From the NCBI GenBank assembly GCA_041694945.1, contig JBGFRU010000044.1, forward strand, positions 15,165 through 79,164: 64,000 bases of DNA, in the 5' to 3' direction. The notes beneath the pieces were generated by a model. It had not been told where the DNA came from. It saw only the letters and a list, made by a program, of their open reading frames with translations, and ran no database searches. Shown in pieces: positions 40,489 to 50,501 of the stretch. Position 1 is the stretch's first letter; every line of letters starts with the position of its first letter. This DNA is from Pseudomonadota bacterium (GTDB taxonomy: Bacteria > Pseudomonadota > Gammaproteobacteria > Burkholderiales > Burkholderiaceae_C). The position numbers and the translations under genes were made by a program.

Positions 40489-42066
40489 CTACAACAGCAC
40501 GATATCGTACTGGTCGGGGCGCAGCGCGGCCTCGCTTTGCAGCGAAATCGGCTTGCCGATGAACTCGCTCAAGCCCGCTAGGTGTGCGCTTTCTTCGTCG
40601 AGCAAGAGCTCGATCACCGGCGCCGCCGCGACGATGCGAAACTCGCGCGGACTGAAGGCGCGCGCCTCGCGCAAAATTTCGCGCAGGATGTCGTAGCAGA
40701 CGCTGCGTGCGGTTTTGACGCGCCCGCTGCCGCCGCAAGTCGGGCAGCTTTCGCTCAGCATCTGCGCCAGCGACTCGCGGTTGCGCTTGCGCGTCATCTC
40801 GAGCAGCCCGAGCTGCGAAAACGCGCCGGTGCTGGTCTTGACGCGGTCGCGCGCCAGTTGCTTGCGCAGCTCGGCCAACACCGCCTCGCGGTGCGCCTCG
40901 CGCAGCATGTCGATGAAATCGACGATCACGATCCCGCCTAGGTTGCGCAGCCGCAACTGGCGCGCAATCGCTTGCGTGGCCTCGAGGTTGGTGCGAAAAA
41001 CGGTGTCGTCGAAGTTGCGCGCCCCGACAAAACCGCCGGTGTTGACGTCGATCGTGGTCAGCGCCTCGGTCTGGTCGATCACCAGGTAGCCGCCCGATTT
41101 GAGCTCGACCCGGCGCCCGAGCGCGCGCGCGATTTCTTCGTCGATCTGGTACAGATCAAAAATCGGGCGCTCGCCGCGGTAGTGGCCGATGCGCTCGAGC
41201 ATGGCGGGCATGTAGGCGCGGGCAAACTGCTGCAACTGGGCAAACTGCTCCAACGAATCGACTTGGATCGATTGCGTCTCGGCGCTGGCGAGGTCGCGCA
41301 GCACGCGCTGCAACAGGCTCAAATCCTGCTGCAACAGGCTGGGGGCGGGCAAGCGCGCCGCCGCCGCCTTGATGTGGGCCCAGATTTTGCGCAGGTAGGC
41401 CACGTCTTCGGCCAGCTCCTCGTCGCTGGCGTCTTCGGCGTTGGTGCGCAGAATGAAGCCGCCGCCCTCGCCCGCCGTGAGCGCTTGCAGGCGCTGGCGC
41501 AGAGCCTCGCGCTGCGCGGGCGGGATTTTTTGCGACACACCCAGATGCTGATCCTGCGGCAAAAACACCAGCTGGCGGCCGGCGATGCTGATCTGCGCCG
41601 TCAGGCGCGCGCCCTTGGAGCCGATCGGGTCTTTGAGCACCTGCACCAGCAGCGCCTGGCCCTCGAACAGCTGGCGCTCGATGGGCAAGGCGCCGCTGGC
41701 CTCGGTGGGCGCTGCGGCTTGCTCTGCGGCCTCTGGTGTGCCTAGCGTGGCTGGTGTGGCCTCCGCGGTTGGCACCGCTGGCGCGGCAGCAGCAGCTGGC
41801 GCGGCCGGGCGCTCTTTGCCCAGATGGCGGGCGCTGATGTTGGGCAGCAGGTCGGCCACGTGCAAAAAAGCGGCGCGCTCAAGCCCGATGTCGATGAAGG
41901 CCGACTGCATGCCTGGCAGCACGCGCGCCACCTTGCCCAGATAGACGTTGCCCACCAGGCCGCGTTCGAGGGCGCGCTCGATGTGCACCTCTTGCACCGC
42001 GCCGTGCTCGACCACCGCCACCCGCGTCTCTTGCGGCGACCAGTTGATGAGGATGTCTTGGGTCAT
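40489..42066 (-). CDS. rng: ribonuclease G (RNase E/G family)
   Basis: MTQDILINWSPQETRVAVVEHGAVQEVHIER....LVGNVYLGKVARVLPGMQSAFIDIG (S1 domain), ..IDVNTG.. catalytic core, CPTCGGSG zinc link. Confidence 0.93.
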   Translation of the reverse strand: MTQDILINWSPQETRVAVVEHGAVQEVHIERALERGLVGNVYLGKVARVLPGMQSAFIDIGLERAAFLHVADLLPNISARHLGKERPAAPAAAAAPAVPTAEATPATLGTPEAAEQAAAPTEASGALPIERQLFEGQALLVQVLKDPIGSKGARLTAQISIAGRQLVFLPQDQHLGVSQKIPPAQREALRQRLQALTAGEGGGFILRTNAEDASDEELAEDVAYLRKIWAHIKAAAARLPAPSLLQQDLSLLQRVLRDLASAETQSIQVDSLEQFAQLQQFARAYMPAMLERIGHYRGERPIFDLYQIDEEIARALGRRVELKSGGYLVIDQTEALTTIDVNTGGFVGARNFDDTVFRTNLEATQAIARQLRLRNLGGIVIVDFIDMLREAHREAVLAELRKQLARDRVKTSTGAFSQLGLLEMTRKRNRESLAQMLSESCPTCGGSGRVKTARSVCYDILREILREARAFSPREFRIVAAAPVIELLLDEESAHLAGLSEFIGKPISLQSEAALRPDQYDIVLL

Positions 42067-42107
42067 GGGGGGATTTTTGGTTGGGGGGCTGGGGGGCTGG
42101 CGGCGGC

Positions 42108-42737
42108 CTAGGGCAGCGCCAGACCGGCGGCGCGCAGCAGCTGCGCCGTTTCATAGGCCGGCAGCCCGACGATGCCGCTGTGGCTGCCGCTGATGCGCCG
42201 AATCCACTGGCTGGCGCGGCCCTGGATGGCGTAGGCCCCGGCCTTGCCCAGCGGCTCGCCGCTGGCCACGTAGCGCCCGATCTCGGCAGCGCTCCAGGGC
42301 GCGAACTCGACCGTGGAGCGGCTCAAGGCCTGCCAGACCTGGCCTTGGTGCGCCAGCGCCACGGCAGTGAGCACCCAGTGGCGCTGCCCGGCCAGGCGCT
42401 GCAGCATCTGCGCGGCCGCGGCGGCGTCGGCGGGTTTGCCGAAGATCTCGCGCCCGAGGGCGACCGTGGTGTCGGCGCACAACACCGGCCCCGGCGGCCA
42501 GCCCCGGCGCTCGAGCCGCTGCAGCGCCGCCTGCAGCTTGAGCCGGGTCACGCGCTGCACGTAGCGCGCCGGCGCCTCGTGCGGCCGCACGGCTTCCAGG
42601 GCCTCGAGGGCGTGCAAATCTGGCTCGGTCTCGGGCAGCAGCGGCTCGGCACGCCAGCCCCACTGCGCCAGCAGCTCGCGCCGGCGCGGGCTTTGCGAAG
42701 CCAGGTACAGCCAAGGGGCGGCAGCGTGGTCGGGCAT
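42108..42737 (-). CDS. maf: Maf-family nucleoside triphosphate pyrophosphatase
   Basis: LYLASQSPRRRELL.. and ..KAGAYAIQG.. motifs. Confidence 0.9.
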   Translation of the reverse strand: MPDHAAAPWLYLASQSPRRRELLAQWGWRAEPLLPETEPDLHALEALEAVRPHEAPARYVQRVTRLKLQAALQRLERRGWPPGPVLCADTTVALGREIFGKPADAAAAAQMLQRLAGQRHWVLTAVALAHQGQVWQALSRSTVEFAPWSAAEIGRYVASGEPLGKAGAYAIQGRASQWIRRISGSHSGIVGLPAYETAQLLRAAGLALP

Positions 42738-42743
42738 CGGCGT

Positions 42744-43211
42744 TTACTCGCGGTGGTAGGGGTGCCCGGCGTTGAGCGACCAGGCGCGGTAGAGTTGCTC
42801 GATCAGCAGCAGGCGCGCCAGCGCGTGCGGCAAGGTGAAGTCGGACAGGCGCAGGCTCTGCTGCGCAGCGGCCTTCAAGGCCGGGTCGATGCCGTCTGGG
42901 CCACCCATGAGCAGCGCCACGTCGACGCCCTGCTGCTGCCACTGCTGCCACTGGCGCGCCAGCGCGACCGTGGTGCAGGCGCTGCCGCGCTCGTCGAGCA
43001 GCACCAGCCGCGCCCCTTTGGGCAGCGCCGCTTCGATGCGCGCGCGCTCGGCCGCCAGCAGCTGCTCGACCGCCTTGTGGCCGCGCGGCTCGGCCTTGAC
43101 CGTGCGCAACTCGAAGCGCGCCTCGGGCGGCAGCCGCTTGGCGAAATCGTCGCAGGCGGCTTGCGCCCAATCGGGCAGGCGCTGCCCTACGGCGACGAGC
43201 ACCAGCTTCAT
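42744..43211 (-). CDS. rlmH: 23S rRNA (pseudouridine1915-N3)-methyltransferase
   Basis: [27 protein letters not shown]... ..LMGGPDG.. ..[29 protein letters not shown] (SPOUT). Confidence 0.93.
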   Translation of the reverse strand: MKLVLVAVGQRLPDWAQAACDDFAKRLPPEARFELRTVKAEPRGHKAVEQLLAAERARIEAALPKGARLVLLDERGSACTTVALARQWQQWQQQGVDVALLMGGPDGIDPALKAAAQQSLRLSDFTLPHALARLLLIEQLYRAWSLNAGHPYHRE

Positions 43212-43957
43212 GTCTTGGGCGGGGCGGGCTGGCGCGGCCTGGTCGCCTTGGCGGGCTTGGCCTTGGGCGCATCCTCAGCGGCTTTGGCCTTGGCGGGCTT
43301 GGCTTTGGCGGGTTTGGCCTTGGGCGCATCCTCAGCGGCTTTGGCCTTGGCGGGCTTGGCTTTGGCGGGCTTGGCCTTGGGCGCATCCTCAGCGGCTTTG
43401 GCCTTGGCGGGCTTGGCTTTGGGCTGGTCGGCGACGGGTTTGTCCTTGGCGGCGGCGGGTCGGGCCGCCGGGGCCGGCGCGCCAACCTTCAAGCGCACCG
43501 GCTTGCTGCCCCAGATTTCTTCCAGCCGGTAGTACTGGCGGATGCTGGGCTGCATCACGTGCACCACCACCGCACCGCAGTCCACGACGATCCACTCGCC
43601 GTTTTCTTCGCCCTCCACCCGCGGCTTGTCAAAGCCGGCCTCGCGCACCGCGTCGCACACGCTGGCCGCCAGCGCCTTGGTCTGCCGGTTGGAGGTGCCG
43701 CTGGCCACGATCACGCGCTCGAACAGCGCCGACAGCGCCTCGGTGTTGAAAACCCGGATGTCTTGCGCCTTCACGTCCTCCAGGCCATCGACGGCGGCGC
43801 GCTGCAGCTTTTGGGTATTGCGCTTGGCGGTGCTCTCGCTCTGCGGGCTGGCGGCTGGGGCGCCCAAGCTGGCCAGGACGGCTGAAGCCGCCGCGGTGCC
43901 GCGGCTGTTGGGGCCAGCGGTCTGGCGGCTGGGTGCGCTGCGGGTTGGGCTGCTCAT
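43208..43957 (-). CDS. rsfS: ribosome silencing factor RsfS with a repetitive Lys/Ala/Pro-rich C-terminal tail
   Basis: Core ..[68 protein letters not shown], then the tail ..[22 protein letters not shown].. repeated. The ATG overlaps the nadD stop (ATGA). Confidence 0.85.
   Translation of the reverse strand: MSSPTRSAPSRQTAGPNSRGTAAASAVLASLGAPAASPQSESTAKRNTQKLQRAAVDGLEDVKAQDIRVFNTEALSALFERVIVASGTSNRQTKALAASVCDAVREAGFDKPRVEGEENGEWIVVDCGAVVVHVMQPSIRQYYRLEEIWGSKPVRLKVGAPAPAARPAAAKDKPVADQPKAKPAKAKAAEDAPKAKPAKAKPAKAKAAEDAPKAKPAKAKPAKAKAAEDAPKAKPAKATRPRQPAPPKT
43241..43425. repeat. 57-bp (19-codon) tandem repeat, about 3 copies, inside the rsfS 3' region
   Basis: Unit GCCTTGGGCGCATCCTCAGCGGCTTTGGCCTTGGCGGGCTTGGCTTTGGCGGG(T/C)TTG starts at 43260, 43317 and 43374. 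Confidence 0.9.
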
Positions 43958-44694
43958 TCTGGCTGTAGGTAAAGGTGATGATCGGAAATATACCGCGCCA
44001 CGGCGGCCGGCACCAGCAGCTCGAGCGCGGGTGCCGCCTGGTGAGGCAGGTGCAATCGGCCGGGGTTGGCCTGGTCTGCAGGGCGGGTGCAATCCCCTTG
44101 GCCGCCTGGGGCGGCGCCCACGCCGCTCGAGCCACCCGAGCGCTGCACGCGCGCGCGCACCGCCGTGGCGCTGATCGGGTGCAGCGGCATGTGCAGGCGC
44201 GCGAAAGGCAGATCGACGCCGCTCAGATCGGGCTCGGCCACCGGCCCGTCGGCCACCCTGCCGTCGGCGTGCAGGGGCCGATTGGCCACCGCCAGCGTGG
44301 CATGGCGCAGCACCTCCTGCCAGCGCTGCCAGCTCTGGAAAGCGAGCAGCTGGTCGGCCCCCAACACCAGAAAAAGCTGCGCCCCCGGGTGTTCGGCGGC
44401 CAGTTCTTGCAAGGTGTCGGCGGTGTAGCTGGGGCCGGGGCGGTGGGTTTCGCGCGCGTCGATGTGCACGCGCTCGAGCCCATCAAAGGCCAGCCTGCAC
44501 ATCGCCAACCGGTGCGGCGCGGGCGTGAGCGGGCGGCTTTTGTGCCAGGCGTGGCCGGTTGGCAAAATGAGCAGCGCGTCGAGCGCCAGCTGGGCCAGCG
44601 CCGTTTCGGCCAGCGCCCGGTGCGCCCAGTGCGGCGGATCGAAGGCGCCACCAAACACGCCGATGCGCTGCGCGGCCGCTGGGGTGGCGCTCAC
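43954..44694 (-). CDS. nadD: nicotinate-nucleotide adenylyltransferase
   Basis: [21 protein letters not shown].. (H/TxGH motif) and ..[10 protein letters not shown].. The GTG start overlaps the hemF stop (GTGA). Contains an apparent internal insertion; see findings. Confidence 0.88.
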   Translation of the reverse strand: MSATPAAAQRIGVFGGAFDPPHWAHRALAETALAQLALDALLILPTGHAWHKSRPLTPAPHRLAMCRLAFDGLERVHIDARETHRPGPSYTADTLQELAAEHPGAQLFLVLGADQLLAFQSWQRWQEVLRHATLAVANRPLHADGRVADGPVAEPDLSGVDLPFARLHMPLHPISATAVRARVQRSGGSSGVGAAPGGQGDCTRPADQANPGRLHLPHQAAPALELLVPAAVARYISDHHLYLQPE

Positions 44695-45611
44695 AACCAG
44701 TCTCGCCGCAGCAAAAACTCGCTCGTCAGCCGGTGCTCGGGCGTGCCCACCGCCGGTTGTTCCTGGTAAGCCCAGCGCACCAGCGGCGGCATCGAAAGCA
44801 GAATGGATTCGCTGCGCCCGCCCGATTGCAGGCCAAAGTGGGTGCCCCGGTCCCACACCAGGTTGAATTCGACGTAGCGGCCGCGCCGGTAGAGCTGAAA
44901 CTGGCGCTCGCGCTCGCCGTAGGGCGTGTCGCGGCGCCGCTGCACCAGCGGCAGGTAGGCGTGCAAGAAGGCGTCGCCCACCGCTTGGGTGAGCGCCAGC
45001 CCACCCTCGAAGCCGAGTTCGGACAGGTCGTCGTAGAAGATGCCGCCGATGCCACGCGCTTCGTTGCGGTGTTTGAGGAAAAAATAATCGTCGCACCAGG
45101 CTTTGAAGCGCGGGTATTTGTCGGCGCCAAAGGGGGACAGGGCGGCGGCGCAGGTGCGGTGAAAGTGCTGCGCGTCTTCCTCGAAACCGTAATAGGGCGT
45201 GAGGTCCATGCCGCCGCCAAACCAGCTCACCGGCGCGCCGCCACCCGACGGCAACGCCGTGATCTGGCGCACGTTCATGTGCACCGTGGGCACGTAGGGG
45301 TTGCGCGGATGAAACACCAGCGAAACGCCCAGCGCCTCGAACGGGGCCCCAGCCAGTTCGGGCCGGTGCTGCGTGGCCGAGGGCGGCAGGCGCTGGCCTT
45401 GCACATGCGAAAAGCCGCAACCGGCGCGCTCGAACACCGCGCCGCCTTCCAGAATCTGCGTCACGCCGTTGCCTTGCAAGGGCTCGCCGGGGGCCTTTTC
45501 CCAAGCGTCGGAGACAAAGCTCTGGCCGTCGATCTCGGTGATGGCCGAGGTGATGCGCTGCTGCAAGCCCAGCAGGTAGTCGCGCATGGCGGCCGTGGGC
45601 GCGCCGCTCAT
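44691..45611 (-). CDS. hemF: oxygen-dependent coproporphyrinogen-III oxidase
   Basis: ..[13 protein letters not shown].., ..[13 protein letters not shown].., ..[16 protein letters not shown]. Confidence 0.94.
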   Translation of the reverse strand: MSGAPTAAMRDYLLGLQQRITSAITEIDGQSFVSDAWEKAPGEPLQGNGVTQILEGGAVFERAGCGFSHVQGQRLPPSATQHRPELAGAPFEALGVSLVFHPRNPYVPTVHMNVRQITALPSGGGAPVSWFGGGMDLTPYYGFEEDAQHFHRTCAAALSPFGADKYPRFKAWCDDYFFLKHRNEARGIGGIFYDDLSELGFEGGLALTQAVGDAFLHAYLPLVQRRRDTPYGERERQFQLYRRGRYVEFNLVWDRGTHFGLQSGGRSESILLSMPPLVRWAYQEQPAVGTPEHRLTSEFLLRRDWL

Positions 45612-46900
45612 GCGGGCAAGGCCCTAAAGCCGATGTCGTGTCGGTATTGCATGCCGGGGTAGTGTACGCCCTGCACCAGTTGGTAGGCGCGGCGTTGCGC
45701 TTGCGCCACGTCGGCCCCGAGCGCGGTGGCGCAGAGCACGCGCCCGCCGGCGGTGCACAGCCGCCCCTGCTGCAAGGCCGTGCCGGCGTGGAACAGCACG
45801 GCATCTGGGCTATCAGGGGCGGTGAGTGCGATGGCGTCGCCCGTGCGTGGCTGCTGGGGGTAGCCGTGCGCGGCCAGCACCACGCCCAGCGCCACGCGCT
45901 CATCCCATTGCAGCTCGATCTCGTGCAGGCGCTGCTCGGTGGCCGCCAGCAACACCGCGGCCAGATCGCTTTGCAGGCGCAGCAGGATCGGTTGCGTTTC
46001 GGGGTCGCCCAAGCGGCAGTTGAACTCGAGCGTGCGCACGCTGCCGTCGGGGCCGATCATCAGCCCGGCGTAGAGGAAGCCGGTGTAGGGGATGCCGTCG
46101 GCGGCCATGCCGCGCAGCGTCGGCAAAATCACCTCGTCGAGCGCGCGCTGGTGCACCTCGGGCGTGACCACCGGGGCCGGCGAGTAGGCCCCCATGCCGC
46201 CGGTGTTGGGGCCCTGGTCGGCGTCGAGCAGGCGCTTGTGGTCTTGGCTGCTGGCCAGCGCCAGCGCTTGCACGCCGTCGCAGAGCACGATGAAGCTGGC
46301 TTCTTCGCCCTGCAAAAAGGCTTCGATCACCACCCGCGCGCCGCCGGCGTTGTGGGCCAGCCCCGGCGCTTGGCCTTGCAGCATGAAATCGATGGCGGCG
46401 TGCGCCTCGGCCAGCGTCTGCGCCACCACCACGCCCTTGCCAGCGGCCAAGCCATCGGCCTTGACCACGATCGGCGCGCCCATTTGCTCCACGTAGGCGT
46501 GGGCGGCGGGTGCTTCGGCAAAGACTTGGTAGGCCGCTGTCGGGATGCCGTGGCGCTGCATGAAGGCCTTGGAAAAGGCCTTGGAGCTCTCGAGCTGCGC
46601 CGCCGCCTGCGTGGGGCCAAAGATGCGCAAGCCCTGGGCGCGAAAGACATCGACGATGCCCGCCGCCAGCGGCCCCTCGGGGCCGACCACGGTCAGGGCG
46701 ATGCCCTGCTGCTGCGCCCAGCGCGCGAGCTCGGTCGGGTCGCTGATCGGCACGTTTTGCAGCGCCGGGTCGAGCGCGGTGCCGCCGTTGCCCGGCGCCA
46801 CATAAACCTGCGCCACGCGCGGCGACTGCTTGAGCTTCCAGGCCAGCGCGTGTTCGCGCCCGCCACCGCCGACCACCAGCACCTTGAGTTCTGCGTTCAT
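45608..46900 (-). CDS. purD: phosphoribosylamine--glycine ligase
   Basis: [33 protein letters not shown].. ATP-grasp core. Confidence 0.95.
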   Translation of the reverse strand: MNAELKVLVVGGGGREHALAWKLKQSPRVAQVYVAPGNGGTALDPALQNVPISDPTELARWAQQQGIALTVVGPEGPLAAGIVDVFRAQGLRIFGPTQAAAQLESSKAFSKAFMQRHGIPTAAYQVFAEAPAAHAYVEQMGAPIVVKADGLAAGKGVVVAQTLAEAHAAIDFMLQGQAPGLAHNAGGARVVIEAFLQGEEASFIVLCDGVQALALASSQDHKRLLDADQGPNTGGMGAYSPAPVVTPEVHQRALDEVILPTLRGMAADGIPYTGFLYAGLMIGPDGSVRTLEFNCRLGDPETQPILLRLQSDLAAVLLAATEQRLHEIELQWDERVALGVVLAAHGYPQQPRTGDAIALTAPDSPDAVLFHAGTALQQGRLCTAGGRVLCATALGADVAQAQRRAYQLVQGVHYPGMQYRHDIGFRALPA

Positions 46901-47625
46901 GGGTTGAGTTCTGCGTTGTGATAGACGTTTTGCACGTCGTCGAGGTCTTCTAGGGCGTCGAGCAGTTTTTGCATGCGCAGCGCCTCGTCGCCGCTCAAGG
47001 CCACCGGGTTGTCGGCGCGCAGCGTCACTTCGGCCAGTTCGGGGCGCAGGCCCGCGCCTTGCAGCGCCTGCTGCACGGCCTCGAAATCGGTCACCGCCGT
47101 GAGCACCTCGAAAGCGCCGTCGTCGCTGCCGAGCACGTCTTCGGCCCCGGCTTCCAGCGCCACCTCGAACAGCCGCTCTTCGGGCACGCCGGGGGCGAAG
47201 ATGAACTGACCGCAGTGCTTGAACTGGAACGCCACCGAGCCCTCGGTGCCCAGGTTGCCGCCGTGCTTGCTGAAGGCGTGGCGCACTTCGGCCACCGTGC
47301 GCACGCGGTTGTCGGTCATGGTTTCGACGATCACGGCCGCACCGGCGATGCCGTAGCCCTCGTAACGGATCTCCTCGTACTGCACGCCTTCGAGGTTGCC
47401 CGTGGCCTTGTCTATGTTGCGCTTGATGGTGTCGGCCGGCATATTGGCCGCCTTGGCCTTGTCGATCGCCAGCCGCAGGCGCGGGTTGGCCGCCGCGTCG
47501 CCGCCGCCGCCTTGACGCGCCGCCACCATGATTTCGCGGATCACGCGGGTCCAGACCCGGCCGCGTTTTTCATCCTGGCGCCCCTTGCGGTGCTGGATGT
47601 TGGCCCATTTGGAATGCCCTGCCAT
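46897..47625 (-). CDS. YebC/PmpR-family transcriptional regulator
   Basis: [22 protein letters not shown]... Confidence 0.93.
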   Translation of the reverse strand: MAGHSKWANIQHRKGRQDEKRGRVWTRVIREIMVAARQGGGGDAAANPRLRLAIDKAKAANMPADTIKRNIDKATGNLEGVQYEEIRYEGYGIAGAAVIVETMTDNRVRTVAEVRHAFSKHGGNLGTEGSVAFQFKHCGQFIFAPGVPEERLFEVALEAGAEDVLGSDDGAFEVLTAVTDFEAVQQALQGAGLRPELAEVTLRADNPVALSGDEALRMQKLLDALEDLDDVQNVYHNAELNP

Positions 47626-47714
47626 GGCTCAAGCCTCGAATGGATAAAAAATTGGGGCTGCCGCCCGAAGCGGTGGCAGCAAACCCTCCATTGTAAGGGG
47701 CTGGAGGGTGGGGG

Positions 47715-49205
47715 CTAGGTCAGGGCCTCGGCCAGGGTCTGAGAGTAGTCGTGCAATTCGCCCAGAATGGCTTCGGCGCGTTCGTCGCCGCGCTCGCCGG
47801 CCTGCTCGGCCAGCTCGTCGATGCGCGCCATCTGGCGCTCCAGCGTCAGCGCCCCGCCTTGGCCATGCAGCAGCCGCGCCTGGCAGTGCGCGCGCCAGCG
47901 CGCCTGTTCGTCGGCACTGAGCAGCTCGGGGAAATTGCGCGCCCGATAGCGCCACACCAGCTCGGCCAGGCGCGGGTCGTCAAATGGCGTGCGCGTCCAC
48001 GCCGGGCCGTCGGCTGGTTGCTGGCGCAACTCCAGCAGGCGCAGGCGGTCGGCGTCGCCCACGAAGCCACCATACAGATCCTGCTCGGGGTCTGGCTGGG
48101 CGGCGGTCTGAGCAGCCGCGTGGGCGGTTTGGGTGCCGCCGTCGCGCTCATAGACCGCGCGCCAGAGCGCGCTCAAATCGGGCAACATCGCGGCGCGCTC
48201 GGCGTGGCGCAGCCCCTGCTCCAGATCGATGCCCCAGCGCTGCGCCAGCTCGGGGCGCAGGGTTTTGAGTGTGCCCACCACCATGGGCGATTTGTTCAGG
48301 TGCACGCTCTTGAGCGGCAGGCGCTTGACCCCCGCAGGCAGGTCCTCAGGGCGCACAAAGAGCCGCGCGCGCACCTCGGCGGCGTTGAGCGTGGCCAGCT
48401 CGGCGGGGTCGTGGGCCAGGTCCCAGGCCAGCAGCTCGTTGCGGTTGCTGGGGTGGCTGGCCAGCGGCCACATCAGCGCCAGGCAGCCGCGCTCGGGCGG
48501 GAAAAACCCCGACACGTGCAAAAAAGGCTGGGCCCGCTGCGGCGTGGTCGGCAGCCCCAGCTCGTGCGCCACCTGCTCTTTTTTGTGCAGACCAAAGGCA
48601 AAGTCGAACAAACGCGGCTGGCGCTGGCGCAGCAGCCGCGCCAAGCCCAGCGTCGCGTACACATCGGACAGGGCATCGTGCGCCGCCCCGTGCTCGATGC
48701 CGTTGGCGCGCGCCAGGTCTTCGAGCCTGAAGCTGGGCCGGCCGTCGGCCTTGAGCGGCCACTGCAAGCCCTCGGGGCGCAGGGCGTAGCACAGGCGCAG
48801 CACGTCGAGCAGATCCCAGCGGCCGCAGCCGTTTTTCCACTCGCGCGCGTAGGGGTCGAGCAGGTTGCGCCAGAGCATGAAGCGGGTGAATTCGTCGTCA
48901 AAGCGGATTGAGTTGAAACCCACGCCCACGGTGCCGGGCTGCCCCAGCTCGGCCTCGATGCGCTGGGCGAACTCGTGCTCGGGCAGGCCGTGTTGCAGGC
49001 ACTGCTGCGGCGTGATGCCGGTGATGAGGCAGCTCTCGGGGTCGGGCAGATAGTCGGGCGCCGGGCGGCAGTAGAACATCAGCGGCGCGCCGATGGGGTT
49101 GAGCTCGGCGTCGGTGCGCACGGCGCCAAACTGCGCCGGCCGATCCAGCCGCGCCTTGGCGCCAAAGGTTTCGTAGTCGTGCCAAAGAAAGGTGTGTGGC
49201 TTCAT
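47715..49205 (-). CDS. sbcB: exodeoxyribonuclease I
   Basis: FLWHDYETFG....DRPAQFGAVRTD.., ..GFNSIRFDDEFTRFMLWRN.., ..AHDALSDVYATL (DEDDh exonuclease motifs). Confidence 0.93.
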   Translation of the reverse strand: MKPHTFLWHDYETFGAKARLDRPAQFGAVRTDAELNPIGAPLMFYCRPAPDYLPDPESCLITGITPQQCLQHGLPEHEFAQRIEAELGQPGTVGVGFNSIRFDDEFTRFMLWRNLLDPYAREWKNGCGRWDLLDVLRLCYALRPEGLQWPLKADGRPSFRLEDLARANGIEHGAAHDALSDVYATLGLARLLRQRQPRLFDFAFGLHKKEQVAHELGLPTTPQRAQPFLHVSGFFPPERGCLALMWPLASHPSNRNELLAWDLAHDPAELATLNAAEVRARLFVRPEDLPAGVKRLPLKSVHLNKSPMVVGTLKTLRPELAQRWGIDLEQGLRHAERAAMLPDLSALWRAVYERDGGTQTAHAAAQTAAQPDPEQDLYGGFVGDADRLRLLELRQQPADGPAWTRTPFDDPRLAELVWRYRARNFPELLSADEQARWRAHCQARLLHGQGGALTLERQMARIDELAEQAGERGDERAEAILGELHDYSQTLAEALT

Positions 49206-49425
49206 GAGGTGCTATTAAAGCCCAAGTCGTGCGCGGCCCTGGGTGGCAGCGAAACCGCCAGCTCATCCCCAGCTGGCACAGCGCCCCCTCGACCGCGGGC
49301 CGGTTGCGCCCGCCCGATGCGTTATGCTGGCAGACTCCTGCCGCACCCCGCCCCGTTGCTTCGCTCTTGCTGCCCGCCTTGCTGCCGATGACTGTCTCGC
49401 TCTCTGCCCCGATTTGCGCCACGCC

Positions 49426-50460
49426 ATGAACCCCTCATTGCCCCCTGCTGCCCCGGAGCAGCCCCCGGTTTGGCACCCCAACCGCAGGCTGGTGCTGCGC
49501 GGCGCATTGGCCAGTCTGGGCGCCTTGGGCAGCCTGGGGCTGAGCGGCTGCGCCGAAGCGCCGCACCAAACCGTGGCGCTGGGCTACGGCGGCGTGCTGT
49601 CGATGCGCCTGAGCGCCGACGGCGAGCAGGTGCTGGTCGGCTCGGTGCAGCAAGGCGCCGGGCTGTGGCACTGGCGCACCCAGCAGCGCCTGGCCACCCT
49701 GAGCCACGCCGAGCAAGAGCTGGCGCAGGTGTTTGCCAGCGCCTTTGCCCCAGACGGCACGCGCGGTGTGACGGCCGAGCGCCACAACCTGGTGCATTGG
49801 GATTTGGGCACTGGCCGCGTGCTTGGCCACTGGAGCGCACAGGCCAGCGTACGCAGCGTGGCGGTGGCCAACCGGGGCCGACGCATTCTGGCCGGCCTGA
49901 ACTCGCGCGAAGCCTGGCTGCTCGACGGCCACAACGTGCGCCTGCCGGTGGTCATCCCGCACGCCGAGGCGGTGCGCGCGGTGGACATCAGCGCCGACGC
50001 GGCCTTGGGCGCGACCGGCGCCGACGACGGCCTGCTGCGCGCTTGGGACCTGGAGCGGGGCGCGGCCTTCATCACTTGGAAATTCGAGGCCCCGGTGACC
50101 ACCGCCGTGTTCTCGCCCGACCGGCGGCTCCTGTTTGCCGGCCCGGCGCACGGCCAAGGGCGGATCTGGGACCTGGCCCAGGGCACCGTGCTGCACCCGA
50201 CCTTGGGCGGAGTGCGCGGCGGCTTCAGCCAGGCGCGGTTTTCGGCCGATGGCGCGCTGCTGCTCACCGCCGCCGCCAACGGCCAGATCAACCTGTGGAC
50301 GGTGCAAAGCGGGCAGCTGCGGCAAAGCTGGCAACTGCCGCGCTCGCCCTTGGACCGCACCGAGCGCCCGGGCGTGCTCGATATCGGCTTCGATGCGCAA
50401 ACCCGTCAGGTGCTGGTCGCCGCGACCAGCGGCCAAGTGCTGGTCTGGCGGCTGGGTTGA
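49426..50460 (+). CDS. WD40/beta-propeller repeat lipoprotein
   Basis: N-terminus ..RRLVLRGALASLGALGSLGLSGC (Tat-like RR plus a lipobox), then repeated ..LL.TAAADG....W blades. Start at ATG 49426. Confidence 0.75.
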   Translation: MNPSLPPAAPEQPPVWHPNRRLVLRGALASLGALGSLGLSGCAEAPHQTVALGYGGVLSMRLSADGEQVLVGSVQQGAGLWHWRTQQRLATLSHAEQELAQVFASAFAPDGTRGVTAERHNLVHWDLGTGRVLGHWSAQASVRSVAVANRGRRILAGLNSREAWLLDGHNVRLPVVIPHAEAVRAVDISADAALGATGADDGLLRAWDLERGAAFITWKFEAPVTTAVFSPDRRLLFAGPAHGQGRIWDLAQGTVLHPTLGGVRGGFSQARFSADGALLLTAAANGQINLWTVQSGQLRQSWQLPRSPLDRTERPGVLDIGFDAQTRQVLVAATSGQVLVWRLG

Positions 50461-50501
50461 GCCCCAGCCCCAGCCCCCAGCCCCCAGCCCAGCATCGGTC
50501 T

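Noticed and set aside
38720-40738. 672-aa minus-strand ORF
   Set aside because: Antisense to msbA; a shadow ORF.
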